Source: Bacteroides sp. (lineage in GTDB: Bacteria > Bacteroidota > Bacteroidia > Bacteroidales > Bacteroidaceae). Taken from it: a DNA stretch of 64,000 bases. Location: the NCBI GenBank assembly GCA_021201335.1, contig JAJQFD010000016.1, positions 49,365 to 113,364 on the forward strand, read 5' to 3'. Each line of letters begins with the position of its first letter. Within the stretch, counting starts at the first letter, position 1. The notes under the pieces are model-generated. The model worked only from the letters and a program-made list of their open reading frames with translations, ran no database searches and was not told the DNA's origin. This document shows positions 9,641-19,751 of this stretch, in pieces. Both the position numbers and the translations under genes were made by a program.

Positions 9641-10822
9641 ATGAAATGTTTATACGGAATCTTGTTATTACTTTTCAGCTTCTCTTTTCTTTCTGCACAG
9701 ACTTATTGGAGAGAAGCTGTAGATACGGTAAATCAGGCCGGTTACTATAACATCGCATTCAGCCAGGAAATAGCTGGATATGGATTGGAATCATTAAAAC
9801 TGATCAATAACAAAGGTGAAGAAATACCTTATTTTATTCGTTCTTCTGTCCCTGTTAAAGAGATAAGCAAACTGCAAATGTATACAGTAAAGTCCAGTAT
9901 AGCCAAAGATAGTCTGAATGAACTTATCGTTGAAAATCTCAAACAGGAAGAAATATCCCGATTCTATTTGTTATTGAGAGAGGCTGACGTTAGCAAATAC
10001 GTCAGCATGAAAGGGAGTAATGACCGTCGGCAATGGTTCAGTGTAATGCAGAAAAGACCTTTACAAAGCGAGCAGAACTCTAAACTGGGGAGTATTGCCA
10101 TTATTGATTTTCCACGTGGGAATTATAAATATTACCAGATCACAATCTGGAATAATTCCAATAGTCCCCTGGATATAACAGGTGTAGGTAGAATTGAAAA
10201 CAACCAGCTATATGGACAATTCCCGGAACTGAATACAGGTGATTTTATCACTGAGTTAAACGATAAAAAACAAACGGTTATCAGTTTTCCTTCTATGAAG
10301 GGTATTTATCTTCTTTCTAAAATGGAAATAAAGATTGCGGACAAACGTCATTATAAACGTTCCGGACAATTGATAGAGGATGAATATACAAAAGGAAGAT
10401 TCAATCTCTCTTCCCGGGAAGAGAATATATCATATTGGAATCATATCAGAATTACTAAAGATTTTCAATTAGTAATTGATAATCTGGATAATCCACCGCT
10501 TGATATCAGTTCCGTTAAACTATTCGGACTGACCCGCTACATGTGTGCCTATCTGGAACCCCATATTACTTATCATATTGAAACAGGCGGCAAAAGTTCC
10601 AAACATTATGACATTAAGGATTTCGCCAATGAGATTCCGATGAATCTTCCAGTCATCCAAACCGAAAAACTAGAAGAGGTTATTGTACCTGAGGAAGTGG
10701 CAGAATCCCCTAAACGTTTTTTTGAGAAACCGATTTTCCTTTGGAGTGTTATCATCATTACGGGTATCGTACTGATCCTTATTTGCTTCAAGATGCTGAA
10801 CGAGCTTAAAAAGAAATCATAG
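9641..10822 (+). CDS. DUF3999-like protein (signal peptide, C-terminal TM anchor)
   Basis: I prefer the start at MKCLYGILLLLFSFSFLSAQ (ATG 9641), 4 nt after the DUF2339 stop. The ORF-track start at 9608 overlaps the upstream gene. The family name rests on the known DUF2339/DUF3999 pairing and is from memory. Confidence 0.65.
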   Translation: MKCLYGILLLLFSFSFLSAQTYWREAVDTVNQAGYYNIAFSQEIAGYGLESLKLINNKGEEIPYFIRSSVPVKEISKLQMYTVKSSIAKDSLNELIVENLKQEEISRFYLLLREADVSKYVSMKGSNDRRQWFSVMQKRPLQSEQNSKLGSIAIIDFPRGNYKYYQITIWNNSNSPLDITGVGRIENNQLYGQFPELNTGDFITELNDKKQTVISFPSMKGIYLLSKMEIKIADKRHYKRSGQLIEDEYTKGRFNLSSREENISYWNHIRITKDFQLVIDNLDNPPLDISSVKLFGLTRYMCAYLEPHITYHIETGGKSSKHYDIKDFANEIPMNLPVIQTEKLEEVIVPEEVAESPKRFFEKPIFLWSVIIITGIVLILICFKMLNELKKKS

Positions 10823-10855
10823 ATTATTTATATCTTCAAATAATTTTATCGCAAA

Positions 10856-11674
10856 ATGAATTTAAAAGTTGTACTGTTAACTGGTGGCAGAACAGGTATT
10901 GGTCTTGAGATTGCCACGCAGTTAATGAATTGGAATGTTTGTGTTTATTCCGCTTCCCGCCAGAAATGCGAAGCCATTCAAAATCCAAATGGAACTGGAG
11001 AAATTATTCCTATACAATTAGATGTAAACGACGAAACTGCAACACATATCATCATTGAACAAATAATAAAAGAGAAAGGCAGACTGGATGCTGTTATTTG
11101 TAATGCTGGAAACGGAATTGCCGGATCAATAGAAGATACCTCCACAGAAGAAGTGAAGTATCAGATGGAAACAAACTTTTTTGGAGCAGTAAAAACTATC
11201 CAGGCTTGTTTACCCATATTCCGAAAGCAGGGATATGGGAAGATTATGGCAACTTCTTCGGTAGCCGCTATTGTACCTATCCCTTATCAGGCATTTTATA
11301 CAGCAGGTAAATCCGCCTTATTTTCTTTTATGCAGGCACTGGCTATGGAAGTAAAACCATTCGGCATCCAATGTTGTACTGTATTGCCTGGTGATACAAA
11401 AACTGAATTTACCAGTTGCAGGAAATATACTATCGCATCTCAATCACCAGATTCTATATATCGGGAAAGAATGAAGAAGGCCGTTCAGAAAATGGAAAAG
11501 GACGAACTAGCAGGAATGGAATCTTCTTATGTTGCCCGCAAGATGGTGAAGGAGTTAGTAAAAAAACGAATGAGAAGTATTGTAGTTCCCGGAATGCAAT
11601 ATAAATTGATTTATACTTTATCCAATATACTTCCTGTGAAATGGAGATTGTGGGGAATTAGCAAAGTATATTAA
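10856..11674 (+). CDS. SDR family oxidoreductase
   Basis: It has the TGGRTGIG Rossmann motif, the YTAGKSAL (YxxxK) catalytic motif and NAG. Confidence 0.9.
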   Translation: MNLKVVLLTGGRTGIGLEIATQLMNWNVCVYSASRQKCEAIQNPNGTGEIIPIQLDVNDETATHIIIEQIIKEKGRLDAVICNAGNGIAGSIEDTSTEEVKYQMETNFFGAVKTIQACLPIFRKQGYGKIMATSSVAAIVPIPYQAFYTAGKSALFSFMQALAMEVKPFGIQCCTVLPGDTKTEFTSCRKYTIASQSPDSIYRERMKKAVQKMEKDELAGMESSYVARKMVKELVKKRMRSIVVPGMQYKLIYTLSNILPVKWRLWGISKVY

Positions 11675-11684
11675 AACAAACAAT

Positions 11685-11731
11685 AAAGAATCTGTTTTTA
11701 AATAGTACTACCGTCATAAAACAGATTCTTT
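11685..11731. terminator. bidirectional hairpin between convergent SDR and purT genes
   Basis: A perfect 14-bp inverted repeat, aaagaatctgtttt / aaaacagattcttt, has a 19-nt loop. A/T runs lie on both sides. Confidence 0.65.
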
Positions 11732-11755
11732 ATAATATATAGAATTAGTATTCTA

Positions 11756-12922
11756 TTAATAAACTTCAATCTCAGCAGCTATTCTTTTTGCTTTATCTCG
11801 TAAAACATCCATATCCGAACCCAGGGGAGCATAGCATAATACCACACCCATTCGTCTGTTTATCCTTGTATAGGGCTTCCCGAATAAACGTAGATAAGTA
11901 TCTTCCTCTGCACAGACTTTTTCAACGCCTTTATATCGAGGTTGTTCTTCGCTTGCTATTGTTGAAAGTACAACTGCACTTACCCCTACTCTCTCTAATT
12001 TTATACACGGAATCGGAAGTCCTAACATGGCCCGTAAATGCAACTCAAATTCATTTAAGTTCTGGGTACCTGCCAGTGTTACCATTCCCGTATCATGCGG
12101 ACGGGGAGATAGTTCAGAGAAATATACCCCATTTTTATGACTTAGAAAGAATTCAACGCCCCAGATTCCGGCGCCAGTTAAAGCAGTGGTCACTTTCTCC
12201 GCCATGTCCTGAGCTTCCTTTAAGTGTTCCGGATCAATTAGAACCGGCTGGAAACTTTCCCTGTAATCACCACCTTTTTGAATATGTCCAATTGGAGGAC
12301 AAAACAACGTCGGACCGTCTTTCTGGGTTACGGTAAGTAGCGTGATTTCCGTATCAAAATGGATAAACTCTTCTACAATTAACTCCTTAATATCTCCCCG
12401 GCTACCACTACAACCATATTCCCAGGCTTTCTCCACTTCATCAGCACTGGTTACCAGGGATTGCCCCTTACCGGAAGACGACATCAAAGGTTTTACGATA
12501 CAAGGAAAGCCTATTTTAAATGCAGCTTCCTTCAATTCTTCCAACGTTGTGGCATATAAATATTTAGCTGTTTTCAGACCTAGTTGTTTCGCTGCGAGAT
12601 CACGAATGGCTTTCCGATTCATTGTATAATTTACGGCACGAGCACTGGGTACAACCAATATTCCATCTTTTTCATAATTATAAAGACGTTCTGTACGGAT
12701 AGCTTCAATTTCCGGTACAATAATATCTGGTTTGTGCTTCTCTACTATCCGGTCCAGTTCGGAACCATTAAGCATATCGAATACTTCACATTCATCAGCT
12801 AGCTGCATAGCAGGCGCATCCGGATAAGAATCACAGGCAATAATATATTGCCCCTTTCGTTGGGCAGAGATAACAAATTCTTTACCCAGCTCACCGGATC
12901 CCAATAATAATATTTTCTTCAT
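11756..12922 (-). CDS. purT: formate-dependent phosphoribosylglycinamide formyltransferase
   Basis: 388 aa, ATP-grasp. The N-terminus [13 protein letters not shown] and overall length match PurT. Confidence 0.93.
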   Translation of the reverse strand: MKKILLLGSGELGKEFVISAQRKGQYIIACDSYPDAPAMQLADECEVFDMLNGSELDRIVEKHKPDIIVPEIEAIRTERLYNYEKDGILVVPSARAVNYTMNRKAIRDLAAKQLGLKTAKYLYATTLEELKEAAFKIGFPCIVKPLMSSSGKGQSLVTSADEVEKAWEYGCSGSRGDIKELIVEEFIHFDTEITLLTVTQKDGPTLFCPPIGHIQKGGDYRESFQPVLIDPEHLKEAQDMAEKVTTALTGAGIWGVEFFLSHKNGVYFSELSPRPHDTGMVTLAGTQNLNEFELHLRAMLGLPIPCIKLERVGVSAVVLSTIASEEQPRYKGVEKVCAEEDTYLRLFGKPYTRINRRMGVVLCYAPLGSDMDVLRDKAKRIAAEIEVY

Positions 12923-12999
12923 GTTTTAGTTTATAGTTTACAGTTTTTGAGTTTATAGTTTTCGGAGGTTCCTTTGTCGAGCAACTCAAAACTTACGTC

Positions 13000-14517
13000 T
13001 CATTGATGTTGATCACGCAACAAATCATTCACGGTTTTAACCGGATTAAAGGTTGATAAAGGAACTTCAACGAATACGGTATTCCAATCGCTCATTGCCC
13101 CATTCCATAAACCTGGTAATTCCAGGGCTTTCAGATCTCGACCGTTTTTGGACTTATAAGAAATAAACCCTGTTTTTCTATCAACGTATTTGGAAAGGTC
13201 AAACTTATGTCCTTTATAACTACGCACCGCACAAACCAAATCTACCGGATTAAAATGAGTTCCGTTTTGAAACATTTCCTTCTTCTGCGGATCACTCATA
13301 TCAATCTGAGAACTTTCCAGAATTTGAAGAGAAATGGTTCCATCCTGATTATAAGCCAAAAATGGTCCCCCACCCGGTTCGCCCACATTCTTTACCATAC
13401 CGCAAACACGCATAGGACGGTTCAGCTTTTTCTTCAAGTATAAAACAAGTTCTGCATCTTCCAGGTTTTTGGTATCCGGGTTTTTGCAAAATAATTTCTT
13501 CTGAACGAATTGTAATACCTCAATAATCTGTTCCCTTGTATACTGTCCACTATCGAGAAGTTCAAGATATTCAAAAGCCTGCTTCTGCAATTTAACGAGT
13601 ATACCAGCAATCAGCTTTTTATAGCGTACCGTATCTCCTTTTAACTTATCAGGAACAACATTATCAATGTTCTTAATAAATACGATATCAGCATCCAGAT
13701 CATTCAGATTTTCAATTAAAGCTCCGTGTCCACCCGGGCGGAAAAGTAATTTTCCGTTTTCCCGGAAAGGTTTGTTTTCCATGTCAACTGCTAGTGTATC
13801 GGTACTAGGCTTTTGTTCGGAGAAATTTATATTGAAGTCAACGCCATACTCTTTCCCAAAAGCGTCTTTTTTCTTATTAACCAATATCTGAAACAAATCA
13901 CGATGTTCCTCAGAAACAGTAAAATGTACATTCACTTTACCGCTTTTACCAGTCGCATACATGGCTCCTTCTGCCAGATGTTCTTCCAGTGGAGTACGTA
14001 CATCTTCCTCGTATTTATGGAACTTCAGCAAACCTTTGGGTAAAGCCCCATAGTTTAATCCGTTCTTTTCCAATAGCAAGCTCACAATGGTTTTGTAATT
14101 TCCTTCCTGCATAAGTGTTGGAATGTCTTTTCCTGCAGATTCAAGACAAACGTTATCCAAGTCATTATAGAAAGCAAACTTAGTGATCTTATCAAAAAAA
14201 GTTTGCTCGAATTTGGTTTGAGGTTCGGTATAATCAGCATTCAGGAATTCAAACAAATCCTTGAACATTCTGCTGGCAGCGCCGGAAGCCGGCACAAACT
14301 TCACAATAGTCTTATAAGCATTCGTATATTCCTTCCAAGCATTCAGATACTCTTCTTGTTCTTCATTGTTTAAGGCTAGGATACCTTTTTCGGTAGAGGC
14401 AGCGGCATCAAGTTTCAGATACGGAAAACCTGTTTCAAAATAGTTTAATTGTTCGCTAATCTGTGCTTCCGTAATACCTTTGCGGTTGAGCAATTCTTTG
14501 TCTTCTGTAGTAAACAT
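13000..14517 (-). CDS. DUF4301-like protein (possible nucleotidyltransferase fold)
   Basis: I prefer the start at MFTTEDKELL (14517), because a TAnnTTTG box at 14543-14550 lies inside the longer ORF-track version. FVPASGAASRMFK and FRPGGHGAL resemble UDP-sugar pyrophosphorylase motifs. The family name is from memory. Confidence 0.7.
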   Translation of the reverse strand: MFTTEDKELLNRKGITEAQISEQLNYFETGFPYLKLDAAASTEKGILALNNEEQEEYLNAWKEYTNAYKTIVKFVPASGAASRMFKDLFEFLNADYTEPQTKFEQTFFDKITKFAFYNDLDNVCLESAGKDIPTLMQEGNYKTIVSLLLEKNGLNYGALPKGLLKFHKYEEDVRTPLEEHLAEGAMYATGKSGKVNVHFTVSEEHRDLFQILVNKKKDAFGKEYGVDFNINFSEQKPSTDTLAVDMENKPFRENGKLLFRPGGHGALIENLNDLDADIVFIKNIDNVVPDKLKGDTVRYKKLIAGILVKLQKQAFEYLELLDSGQYTREQIIEVLQFVQKKLFCKNPDTKNLEDAELVLYLKKKLNRPMRVCGMVKNVGEPGGGPFLAYNQDGTISLQILESSQIDMSDPQKKEMFQNGTHFNPVDLVCAVRSYKGHKFDLSKYVDRKTGFISYKSKNGRDLKALELPGLWNGAMSDWNTVFVEVPLSTFNPVKTVNDLLRDQHQ

Positions 14518-14542
14518 CTTATTTAGATTTATTAGTGATGCC

Positions 14543-14550
14543 CAAAAATA
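14543..14550 (-). promoter_or_regulatory. -7 box (TATTTTTG) for the DUF4301-like gene
   Basis: It lies 26 nt upstream of ATG 14517. Confidence 0.4.
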
Positions 14551-14642
14551 CAAAATACTTATTTACTTCTTATCAAAGAGTAAACAAAAAAAGCTACTTT
14601 TACAGTCTAAATCAAACAGCGTAAACAAAGCATACTCAGTTT

Positions 14643-16859
14643 ATGACCAATATTTCATTTTTTACTCCGGAAGAAAAAAAGGAATTATTCCGTTTATATA
14701 AAATTCTGATTAAATCTGCTGGTGATAGTATCAATCGGGATGAAACCCGGAAACTCAAAAAATATCTTGTCCAAGCTGAAGAATCCAATCAATTAAAAAG
14801 AAATAATTTTGGCATGAATCCTGTGATACGGGACTTACAGACTGCTGTTATTGTTTCAGATGAGATGGGGGTGAAAGGCTCCTGCCTTCCTGGAATCATG
14901 CTTCATGAAATCGTAAAAAGCCAGATCATTTCTATTGAGACTGTAAAAAAAGAATTTGGTGATGATGTGGCCAGTATCATTCACGGGTTAGTAAAGACCA
15001 ATGAGCTATATGCCAAAAGTCCGGCCATTGAATCGGAGAATTTCCGTAACCTCCTGCTCTCTTTTGCAGAAGATATGCGGGTTATCCTTATTATGATTGC
15101 CGACCGTGTTAATATCATGCGACAAATCAAGGATATGGGAAATGAAGAAGATCGAATAAAAGTAGCGAACGAAGCTGCTTACCTGTATGCTCCTTTAGCC
15201 CATAAACTGGGACTTTATAAGATTAAATCAGAACTGGAAGATTTGTCTCTAAAGTATACTAATCGGGATACTTATTATTTTATTAAAGATAAACTAAACG
15301 AGACTAAAGCTTCTCGTGACAGATATATTGCCGCTTTTATCGCACCGATCTCTCAAAAGCTAAAAGAAGCTGGACTAACGTTTGATATTAAAGGAAGGAC
15401 AAAATCCATACATTCCATCTGGAATAAAATACAAAAACAAAAAACTTCTTTTGAAGGTATATACGATCTTTTTGCCATTCGCATCATTCTGGATTCACAA
15501 GAAGATAAGGAGAAGCAGGAATGCTGGCAAGCCTATTCCATTGTGACTGACATGTATCAACCCAATCCGAAACGATTACGCGATTGGCTTTCCATTCCCA
15601 AAAGCAACGGCTATGAATCATTGCATATCACCGTTATGGGTCCTGAAGGAAAATGGGTGGAAGTTCAGATACGTACCCGCCGCATGGATGATATTGCCGA
15701 ACGTGGACTGGCTGCTCACTGGCGTTACAAAGGAGTAAAAGGAGAAAGTGGCCTGGATGAATGGCTCACTTCCGTGCGTGAAGCATTGGAAAATCCAGAT
15801 AGCGACTCCATGAAAGTAATGGATCAGTTTAAAATGGATCTCTACGAAGACGAGGTCTTCGTATTTACCCCAAAAGGCGATCTTTTTAAACTGGGTAAAG
15901 GTGCCACCGTACTTGATTTTGCCTTTCACATCCATTCCAAACTCGGAAGCAAATGTATTGGTGCGAAAGTAAATGGTAAGAATGTTCAGATAAGACATAA
16001 GCTACAGAGTGGCGATCAGGTAGAAATCATGACTTCAAACAATCAAACACCGAAGCAAGACTGGCTGAATATTGTAACCACTTCCCGGGCTCGTACGAAA
16101 ATACGCCAGACACTCAAAGAAATCGCATCCAAACAACATGACTTTGTCAAAGAAACCATCGAACGTAAATTCCGAAACCGCAAGATGGATTACGACGAAG
16201 CGGTCATGATGCGTTTAATCAAACGGTTAGGTTATAAAAACGTTACTGATTTCCATCAGGATATTGCCAATGAAACACTGGATGTAAATACCATTCTGGA
16301 CAAATACATCGAGCAACAAAAGCGGGAAAATGATTCTCACGATGATATCGTTTATCGGAGCGCTGAAGGCTATAACATGCAGACACCAACCGATGAAATT
16401 ACCGCAAAGGAAGATGTTCTTGTTATTGACCAGAACCTAAAGGGTATTGATTTTAAGCTGGCGAAATGCTGTAATCCCATTTACGGTGATGATGTTTTTG
16501 GCTTTACCACCGTGTCGGGAGGAATTAAAATACATCGAACCGATTGCCCCAATGCCAATCAGTTAAGAGAACGTTTTGGATATCGTATTGTCAAAGCCCG
16601 CTGGGCAGGTAAAGCGCAAGGTGCTCACTATTCGATTACTTTGCGGGTGGTCGGACACGATGATATTGGTATTGTAACTAACATTACATCTGTTATCTCC
16701 AAGGAGAGTGATATTACGCTCCGTTCAATCAGCATAGATTCTAATGATGGACTTTTCTCCGGTATGCTTACTATCATGGTGGGCGATACCGGACATCTTA
16801 ATGCTTTAATTAAAAAACTCAAAGGGATAAAAGGAGTTATGCAAGTCGACAGAAGCTAA
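14643..16859 (+). CDS. RelA/SpoT-family (p)ppGpp synthetase with degenerate hydrolase HD motif
   Basis: 738 aa. The synthetase core (EVQIRT, AAHWRYKG), TGS and ACT regions are present. The position of the hydrolase LHDVVED motif reads LHEIVKS. Confidence 0.95.
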   Translation: MTNISFFTPEEKKELFRLYKILIKSAGDSINRDETRKLKKYLVQAEESNQLKRNNFGMNPVIRDLQTAVIVSDEMGVKGSCLPGIMLHEIVKSQIISIETVKKEFGDDVASIIHGLVKTNELYAKSPAIESENFRNLLLSFAEDMRVILIMIADRVNIMRQIKDMGNEEDRIKVANEAAYLYAPLAHKLGLYKIKSELEDLSLKYTNRDTYYFIKDKLNETKASRDRYIAAFIAPISQKLKEAGLTFDIKGRTKSIHSIWNKIQKQKTSFEGIYDLFAIRIILDSQEDKEKQECWQAYSIVTDMYQPNPKRLRDWLSIPKSNGYESLHITVMGPEGKWVEVQIRTRRMDDIAERGLAAHWRYKGVKGESGLDEWLTSVREALENPDSDSMKVMDQFKMDLYEDEVFVFTPKGDLFKLGKGATVLDFAFHIHSKLGSKCIGAKVNGKNVQIRHKLQSGDQVEIMTSNNQTPKQDWLNIVTTSRARTKIRQTLKEIASKQHDFVKETIERKFRNRKMDYDEAVMMRLIKRLGYKNVTDFHQDIANETLDVNTILDKYIEQQKRENDSHDDIVYRSAEGYNMQTPTDEITAKEDVLVIDQNLKGIDFKLAKCCNPIYGDDVFGFTTVSGGIKIHRTDCPNANQLRERFGYRIVKARWAGKAQGAHYSITLRVVGHDDIGIVTNITSVISKESDITLRSISIDSNDGLFSGMLTIMVGDTGHLNALIKKLKGIKGVMQVDRS

Positions 16860-16866
16860 CAACTAT

Positions 16867-17238
16867 ATGAATAAACCATTTAAAATAAAGGATCGTATTC
16901 GAAGTTTCCGATATGCCGGAAGAGGTATCCGTAGTTTCCTTACCAAAGAACACAATGCCTGGATTCATTGTTGCTTTGTTGTTTTGGTAACAGCTGCCGG
17001 ATTCTTTTTCCAAATAACCAAAGGCGAATGGATCGCTATTATCTTTTGCTTTGGATTGGTTTTAGCTGCTGAAGGATTCAATACTGCTATTGAACGGCTG
17101 GTAAACTTAGTTTCCCCTCACAAACATCCTTTAGCCGGTGATGTTAAAGACATTGCAGCGGGAGCCGTTCTGATATGTGCCATTGCTGCGGCTATTATTG
17201 GTACTATTATTTTTATACCTTATATATTTAATCCCTGA
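16867..17238 (+). CDS. diacylglycerol/undecaprenol kinase family membrane protein
   Basis: 123 aa, 3 TM segments. EGFNTAIERLV is typical of prokaryotic DAGK. Confidence 0.85.
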   Translation: MNKPFKIKDRIRSFRYAGRGIRSFLTKEHNAWIHCCFVVLVTAAGFFFQITKGEWIAIIFCFGLVLAAEGFNTAIERLVNLVSPHKHPLAGDVKDIAAGAVLICAIAAAIIGTIIFIPYIFNP

Positions 17239-19673
17239 TGAAACACAGATTATTATATCTGAAAACCTTTTTATTGTTATCCTGTTGTAGCCTATTGTTT
17301 TTGTCAATGTATGTGGGCCCACCCTTATCTTATTACACAGAGACTTTGCTTAGCTGGAAGCCCGCTACACAATGGGAGGAATCATATCCGTTGGGAAATG
17401 GCCGACTGGGAATTATGCCTGACGGAGGTATTGATAAAGAAAGAATCATTATAAATGATATTTCCTTATGGAGTGGTTCTGAAGCCGATTATAGGAATCC
17501 GGAAGCATCTGAATACTTACCATTAATCAGGCAATTATTGACGGAAGGTAAAAATAAAGAAGCACAGGATATGATGTACAAACATTTTGTCCCCGCCAAA
17601 CTTGAGAACGGAGGTACTTACGGCACCTATCAGATATTAGGAAATCTGGATATTGAGTATAGGTATAAACACAATGTTTCATCAACCACCGATTATTCTC
17701 GCTTTCTACACTTATATAGTGGAATATCTTATATGAACTTATTAGAAAATGGAAAATCCTATAATAGACGATATTACGTTTCACGAGCTCATGATGTGAT
17801 TATTATACATTTAACAAGTTCTTCTAAAAGAGATATTTCTTTTCATGCAATGCTTAACCGGGAAGAAAAAGCTTTGGTACGAAGTACAGGGAATACTCTT
17901 ATTATGGAAGGAACACTGGATAGTGGGAATCCGGAAGAAAAAGGAGTTTCTTACATAGCAGAAGTTGGAGTAAAGGCGATCAAAGGTATAGTTAATATAA
18001 CCGATAATGGAATTGAAGTATCCGATGCCCAGGAAGCTGTTTTATATATTTCTGCTGCTACCAGCTATAAAAATCCGGATTATAAAGAACAGGTTAATAA
18101 GCTCTTAACGGAAGCAATGAATACTTCCTTGGATAAAATTCAAATAGAACATGTAAAGAGCCATCAGGAATTATACAATCGGGCTCATTTATCTATCAAA
18201 GGTAAGAGAAGGCCTCTTAATGAAACGACAGATGAACGCATACGTAAATTCCAGGAAGAAGACATTCCTTCCCTGGCTGCACTCTATTATAATTACGGTC
18301 GTTATTTATTAATAAGCAGTACGCGTCCGGGCTCACTCCCACCCAATCTTCAGGGTTTGTGGGCAAATACATATTCTACTCCCTGGAATGGAGACTATCA
18401 TTTAAACATTAATGTCCAGATGAATCATTGGCCGGTAGAACAAGGTAATCTTTCTGAATTGCATTTGCCGCTGATTGAATTAACCAAAGGACTAGTTAAA
18501 AGCGGAGAAGCTACCGCCAAAGCATTTTATGGAGATAAAGCTCAAGGCTGGGTAACGCACATGATGACGAACGTCTGGAATTTCACGGCTCCTGGAGAAC
18601 ATCCATCTTGGGGTGCTACCAACACCGGAGGTGCCTGGTTATGTGCCCACTTATGGGAACATTACCTATATAACGGCGATCAATCTTATCTGCAAGAGAT
18701 ATATCCGGTATTAAAGGGAGCTGCTGACTTCTTTTTATCTACAATGATTGAAGAACCCACACATGGATGGCTAGTAACAGCCCCGACTTCTTCTCCGGAA
18801 AACAGTTTCCTCTTTGGACCGGAAAAAACTCCGGTTAGTATCTGTATGGGACCAACCATGGATAATCAACTCATACGGGAGCTTTATAGCAATGTCATTG
18901 AAGCATCTGAGATTCTGGATACAGATGAGGAATACCGGAATCAACTAGTTGCGGTCAGAGAAAAGCTTCCCCCTCACCAAGTAAGTAAAGACGGATACCT
19001 GATGGAATGGCTGGAAGATTATAAGGAAGCTGAAATACACCATCGCCATGTTTCGCATTTATATGGTCTTCATCCCGGTAATCAAATTACACTCACCAAA
19101 ACACCGGAATTAGCGGAAGCCTGTAAAGTAACACTGAACCGTCGTGGAGACGGAGGTACAGGTTGGAGTCGTGCTTGGAAAATAAATTTCTGGGCCCGGT
19201 TAGGAGATGGAGAGCGAGCTTATAAATTGTTCAAAAGTCTTCTTGAACCGGCGTATGAAAAAGATACACCTCAAGAACGCCGGGGTGGTACTTTCCCCAA
19301 TCTTTTCTGTTCTCATTCACCCTTCCAAATTGATGGAAACTGGGGAGGGACATCTGGTATCAGTGAAATGCTACTGCAAAGTCATGATGGCTTTATTGAT
19401 TTATTGCCAGCTTTACCCAGTGTATGGCCTCAGGGAAATTTCAAAGGGTTTAAAGTTCGCGGTGGAGGAACCGTTGATCTTACATGGAAAAAGGGAAAAG
19501 CAAAATCCGTAACACTAACGGCGAATATCGACAATACTTTCCGTATTAAAGTACCGAAAAATGTTGATAAGGTAAAATGCCGGAATAACAAGAAAAGTAT
19601 CCTTTCGATGGACGATGGATTTGTGGAAGTGAGGCTGGAAAAAGGAAAAAAGATTAAACTGGAATTTGAATAA
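17238..19673 (+). CDS. glycoside hydrolase family 95 (alpha-L-fucosidase-like)
   Basis: 811 aa with a signal peptide. GNGRLG, DISLWSG and NLQGLW...W.GDYH.NIN blocks are characteristic of GH95. The start overlaps the upstream stop (TGATG). Confidence 0.9.
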   Translation: MKHRLLYLKTFLLLSCCSLLFLSMYVGPPLSYYTETLLSWKPATQWEESYPLGNGRLGIMPDGGIDKERIIINDISLWSGSEADYRNPEASEYLPLIRQLLTEGKNKEAQDMMYKHFVPAKLENGGTYGTYQILGNLDIEYRYKHNVSSTTDYSRFLHLYSGISYMNLLENGKSYNRRYYVSRAHDVIIIHLTSSSKRDISFHAMLNREEKALVRSTGNTLIMEGTLDSGNPEEKGVSYIAEVGVKAIKGIVNITDNGIEVSDAQEAVLYISAATSYKNPDYKEQVNKLLTEAMNTSLDKIQIEHVKSHQELYNRAHLSIKGKRRPLNETTDERIRKFQEEDIPSLAALYYNYGRYLLISSTRPGSLPPNLQGLWANTYSTPWNGDYHLNINVQMNHWPVEQGNLSELHLPLIELTKGLVKSGEATAKAFYGDKAQGWVTHMMTNVWNFTAPGEHPSWGATNTGGAWLCAHLWEHYLYNGDQSYLQEIYPVLKGAADFFLSTMIEEPTHGWLVTAPTSSPENSFLFGPEKTPVSICMGPTMDNQLIRELYSNVIEASEILDTDEEYRNQLVAVREKLPPHQVSKDGYLMEWLEDYKEAEIHHRHVSHLYGLHPGNQITLTKTPELAEACKVTLNRRGDGGTGWSRAWKINFWARLGDGERAYKLFKSLLEPAYEKDTPQERRGGTFPNLFCSHSPFQIDGNWGGTSGISEMLLQSHDGFIDLLPALPSVWPQGNFKGFKVRGGGTVDLTWKKGKAKSVTLTANIDNTFRIKVPKNVDKVKCRNNKKSILSMDDGFVEVRLEKGKKIKLEFE

Positions 19674-19751
19674 ATTTGTTTCAGAGAACTAATCTTTTTT
19701 CTATCTTTACCACTCGGATTCAATGGTATAATAAAAAACATATATAAACGT

